From the NCBI GenBank assembly GCA_964202905.1, contig CAXNJO010000008.1:64001-128000 (forward strand): 64,000 bases of DNA, given 5' to 3'. Both the position numbers and the translations under genes were made by a program. This document shows, piece by piece, positions 62,228 through 64,000 of this stretch; position 1 is the stretch's first letter; each line of letters begins with the position of its first letter. The notes beneath the pieces were generated by a model, which saw nothing but the letters and a program-made list of their open reading frames with translations, did no database searches and was not told the DNA's origin. Origin of the DNA: Polyangiales bacterium. GTDB taxonomy: Bacteria > Myxococcota_A > Polyangia > Polyangiales > JADJQN01.

Positions 62228-64000
62228 GACGCGCCTCCCTTGCCACCCGAGGTGCGTCGGGCGCGCGGCCGCGCGGCACGCGGCGTGGGTGTCGGCGTCT
62301 GGGTGGGCGCTGCGTCCGGGGCGTCCACGAGCAGCATGCGCACCGTCTGCGCGGGCACGCGGAGTCGCAGGGTCGTGTCGCCGGACAGGCGCTCGCCGCT
62401 GAAGGCGTCGACGAAGTCGAGGGGCCCGGGCAGCGCGACCTCGCCGTCGAGCGCGTGCTTCTCGGCGTTGACGACGAAGAGCACGCGCGGGCCGTGCTCG
62501 TCCTCGTGCACCGTCGTCTCGAGCAGCGTCGGGGTCGCGCGGAAGGGGCGCGCGAGCTCGAGCGCCTCGGCGAGCTCCGCGACGACGCGCGCGGCGTCCG
62601 CGGCCGTGTCGATGAGGACGCGGCGTCCACGCCGCGGCACCTCGAACGCGTGCGGGAGCATCTCTGCGTCGAGCGCTGGCATCGTCGGCCCGTAGACGAG
62701 GGTGCTGCCCTCCCGCGCGGCGTCGCACACGCGCTGCCAGCGCTCCGTCGATGCGTACTCGTACGAGGGCGTGATGAGCACGCGGTGGTCCGCGAGCCGC
62801 GCGGGATCGGCGTCGCCGTCCACGTAGACGTAAGGGATGCCGGCGTCCGTGAGCGCGTCGGCGAAGCGCGCCAGCATGCGGAACCAGAGCGTCTGGACGG
62901 GCCCCGCGAAGCCGAGATCGTCGTCGCGACAGCCGTCGACGGGCGTGCCGCCGATGGCCTCGACGGTGGCGGGCGAGATGGGGCCGAGCAGGTTCGTCGC
63001 GCGCGACAGGCGCTGATACTCGCGCGGGACCACCAGCGCGACCTCCGCGCGGCGCTCGAGCCGGTGGAAGCCCACCTCGACGAGCCGCCCGACGAGCACG
63101 CGCCACGCGTCGGCCTCGGGGCGCGCCGCGCCGGCCGCGTCGATGGGCGCGCCGTACCAACGATCGCGGTCGACGAGCATGTAGAGGTTGAAGCCGCGCA
63201 GCCCGAACGCGAGCGCGCAGAGCGCGCAATACAGGGAGTCCGCGTGCGCGAGCGGGGTGAACCACGGCGGCGCGCCCACCCCGAGCTCGGGGGCGTACGG
63301 GATGCGCGCGGTGCCGGCGAGGTAGAGCGTGCGGCGCTTGATCGTCCTGTGCTCGCGGCGCCCGTGGTAGTAGTCAAAGCCCACGAGTTCGGCGACCTCC
63401 TCGAGGCCGGGCACGCTGAGCGGCAGCCCGCCGTCGCCGAGCGGGAGGTTGTGGACGAAGGGCACGCCCTCCATGCCGGCGCGCTCCATGCGGGCGCGCA
63501 TCTTGCCGAGCGCGCCCGCGATCAGGGCCTCGTGGTAGGCCGCCCAGTCGAGGTGCAGCGTCAGGGCCTCGGGCGACTGCGCGTCGAAGCGCACGGGCGC
63601 AGCGCAGCCTTCGAACGCCGGATACGCGGCGCGGTGCGCGGTGTTGAGCGCCTCGACCGAGCCGTAGCGATCCGCGAGGAACGCGTGCCAGCCCGCGAGC
63701 GCGTCCGGGTGGTAGTCCTGACAATACGCGCCGTCGCGGAAGTAGAACGAGGCTTCGTTGTCGACCTGCAGGAGCGCGACCGGTCCCTCGGGCCAGAGGC
63801 GTGGCGCGACGATCTCGCCCACGGCGTCGAACCAGGCGCCGACCTCCTGGTGGAAGCGCGCGCTCGCGTAGGACGGCACCGGGAACATCACGGGCGGGAA
63901 GAACAGGTAGACCGGGCTGCCCTTCGGCGAGCGGGCCTGGCAGGCCGGGTCGTAGACGATGCGCTCGGGCAGGCCGAAGAACGTGAGCTCCGCGTTGATG
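62224..64000 (-). CDS. Beta-galactosidase-like glycoside hydrolase (GH35/GH42 clan), 5'-truncated by the window edge
   Basis: INAELTFFGLP, GPVALLQVDNE (acid/base), RYGSVEALN.AH, YAPELG (nucleophile), GFNLYM. Confidence 0.8.
   Translation of the reverse strand, partial: INAELTFFGLPERIVYDPACQARSPKGSPVYLFFPPVMFPVPSYASARFHQEVGAWFDAVGEIVAPRLWPEGPVALLQVDNEASFYFRDGAYCQDYHPDALAGWHAFLADRYGSVEALNTAHRAAYPAFEGCAAPVRFDAQSPEALTLHLDWAAYHEALIAGALGKMRARMERAGMEGVPFVHNLPLGDGGLPLSVPGLEEVAELVGFDYYHGRREHRTIKRRTLYLAGTARIPYAPELGVGAPPWFTPLAHADSLYCALCALAFGLRGFNLYMLVDRDRWYGAPIDAAGAARPEADAWRVLVGRLVEVGFHRLERRAEVALVVPREYQRLSRATNLLGPISPATVEAIGGTPVDGCRDDDLGFAGPVQTLWFRMLARFADALTDAGIPYVYVDGDADPARLADHRVLITPSYEYASTERWQRVCDAAREGSTLVYGPTMPALDAEMLPHAFEVPRRGRRVLIDTAADAARVVAELAEALELARPFRATPTLLETTVHEDEHGPRVLFVVNAEKHALDGEVALPGPLDFVDAFSGERLSGDTTLRLRVPAQTVRMLLVDAPDAAPTQTPTPTPRAARPRARRTSGGKGGAS

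Overview
Very GC-rich chromosomal window that looks myxobacterial (Myxococcota, Polyangiales/Sandaracinaceae-like). This is inferred from gene content: PEGA-tailed Ser/Thr kinases, a TIGR02266 PilZ-like protein, AgmX/PglI C-terminal domains and many Cys-rich lipoproteins. About 63 CDSs were called by eye without database searches. No rRNA, tRNA or CRISPR array was seen. Positions 1-47.6 kb are mostly core-type genes: two acyl-CoA dehydrogenases, an isobutyryl-CoA-mutase-type B12 mutase large subunit, a COQ4-like protein, REC-EAL, NUDIX, TerB, two kinases, AstD, a GT21 glycosyltransferase, a porin plus purple acid phosphatase operon with a Pho-box-like repeat, a 5'-nucleotidase, a lectin, a lysyl oxidase lipoprotein, lexA and VIT-vWA. 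Positions 47.6-59 kb are more accessory: a VapBC module between 28-bp direct repeats, a DUF2252/porin/lamin-tail operon, an FG-GAP lipoprotein, an IS3 relic, small stress proteins and an H-NOX/histidine kinase pair. About nine apparent small indels split genes and are most likely long-read consensus errors. The best leads are (i) an array of 11-bp palindromes on a 20-bp period between lexA and a lysyl oxidase lipoprotein, (ii) an exported kinase-like DUF2252 operon, (iii) the repeat-bounded TA cassette, and (iv) frequent leaderless-type promoters, including one palindromic bidirectional -10. None is proven to be a new system.
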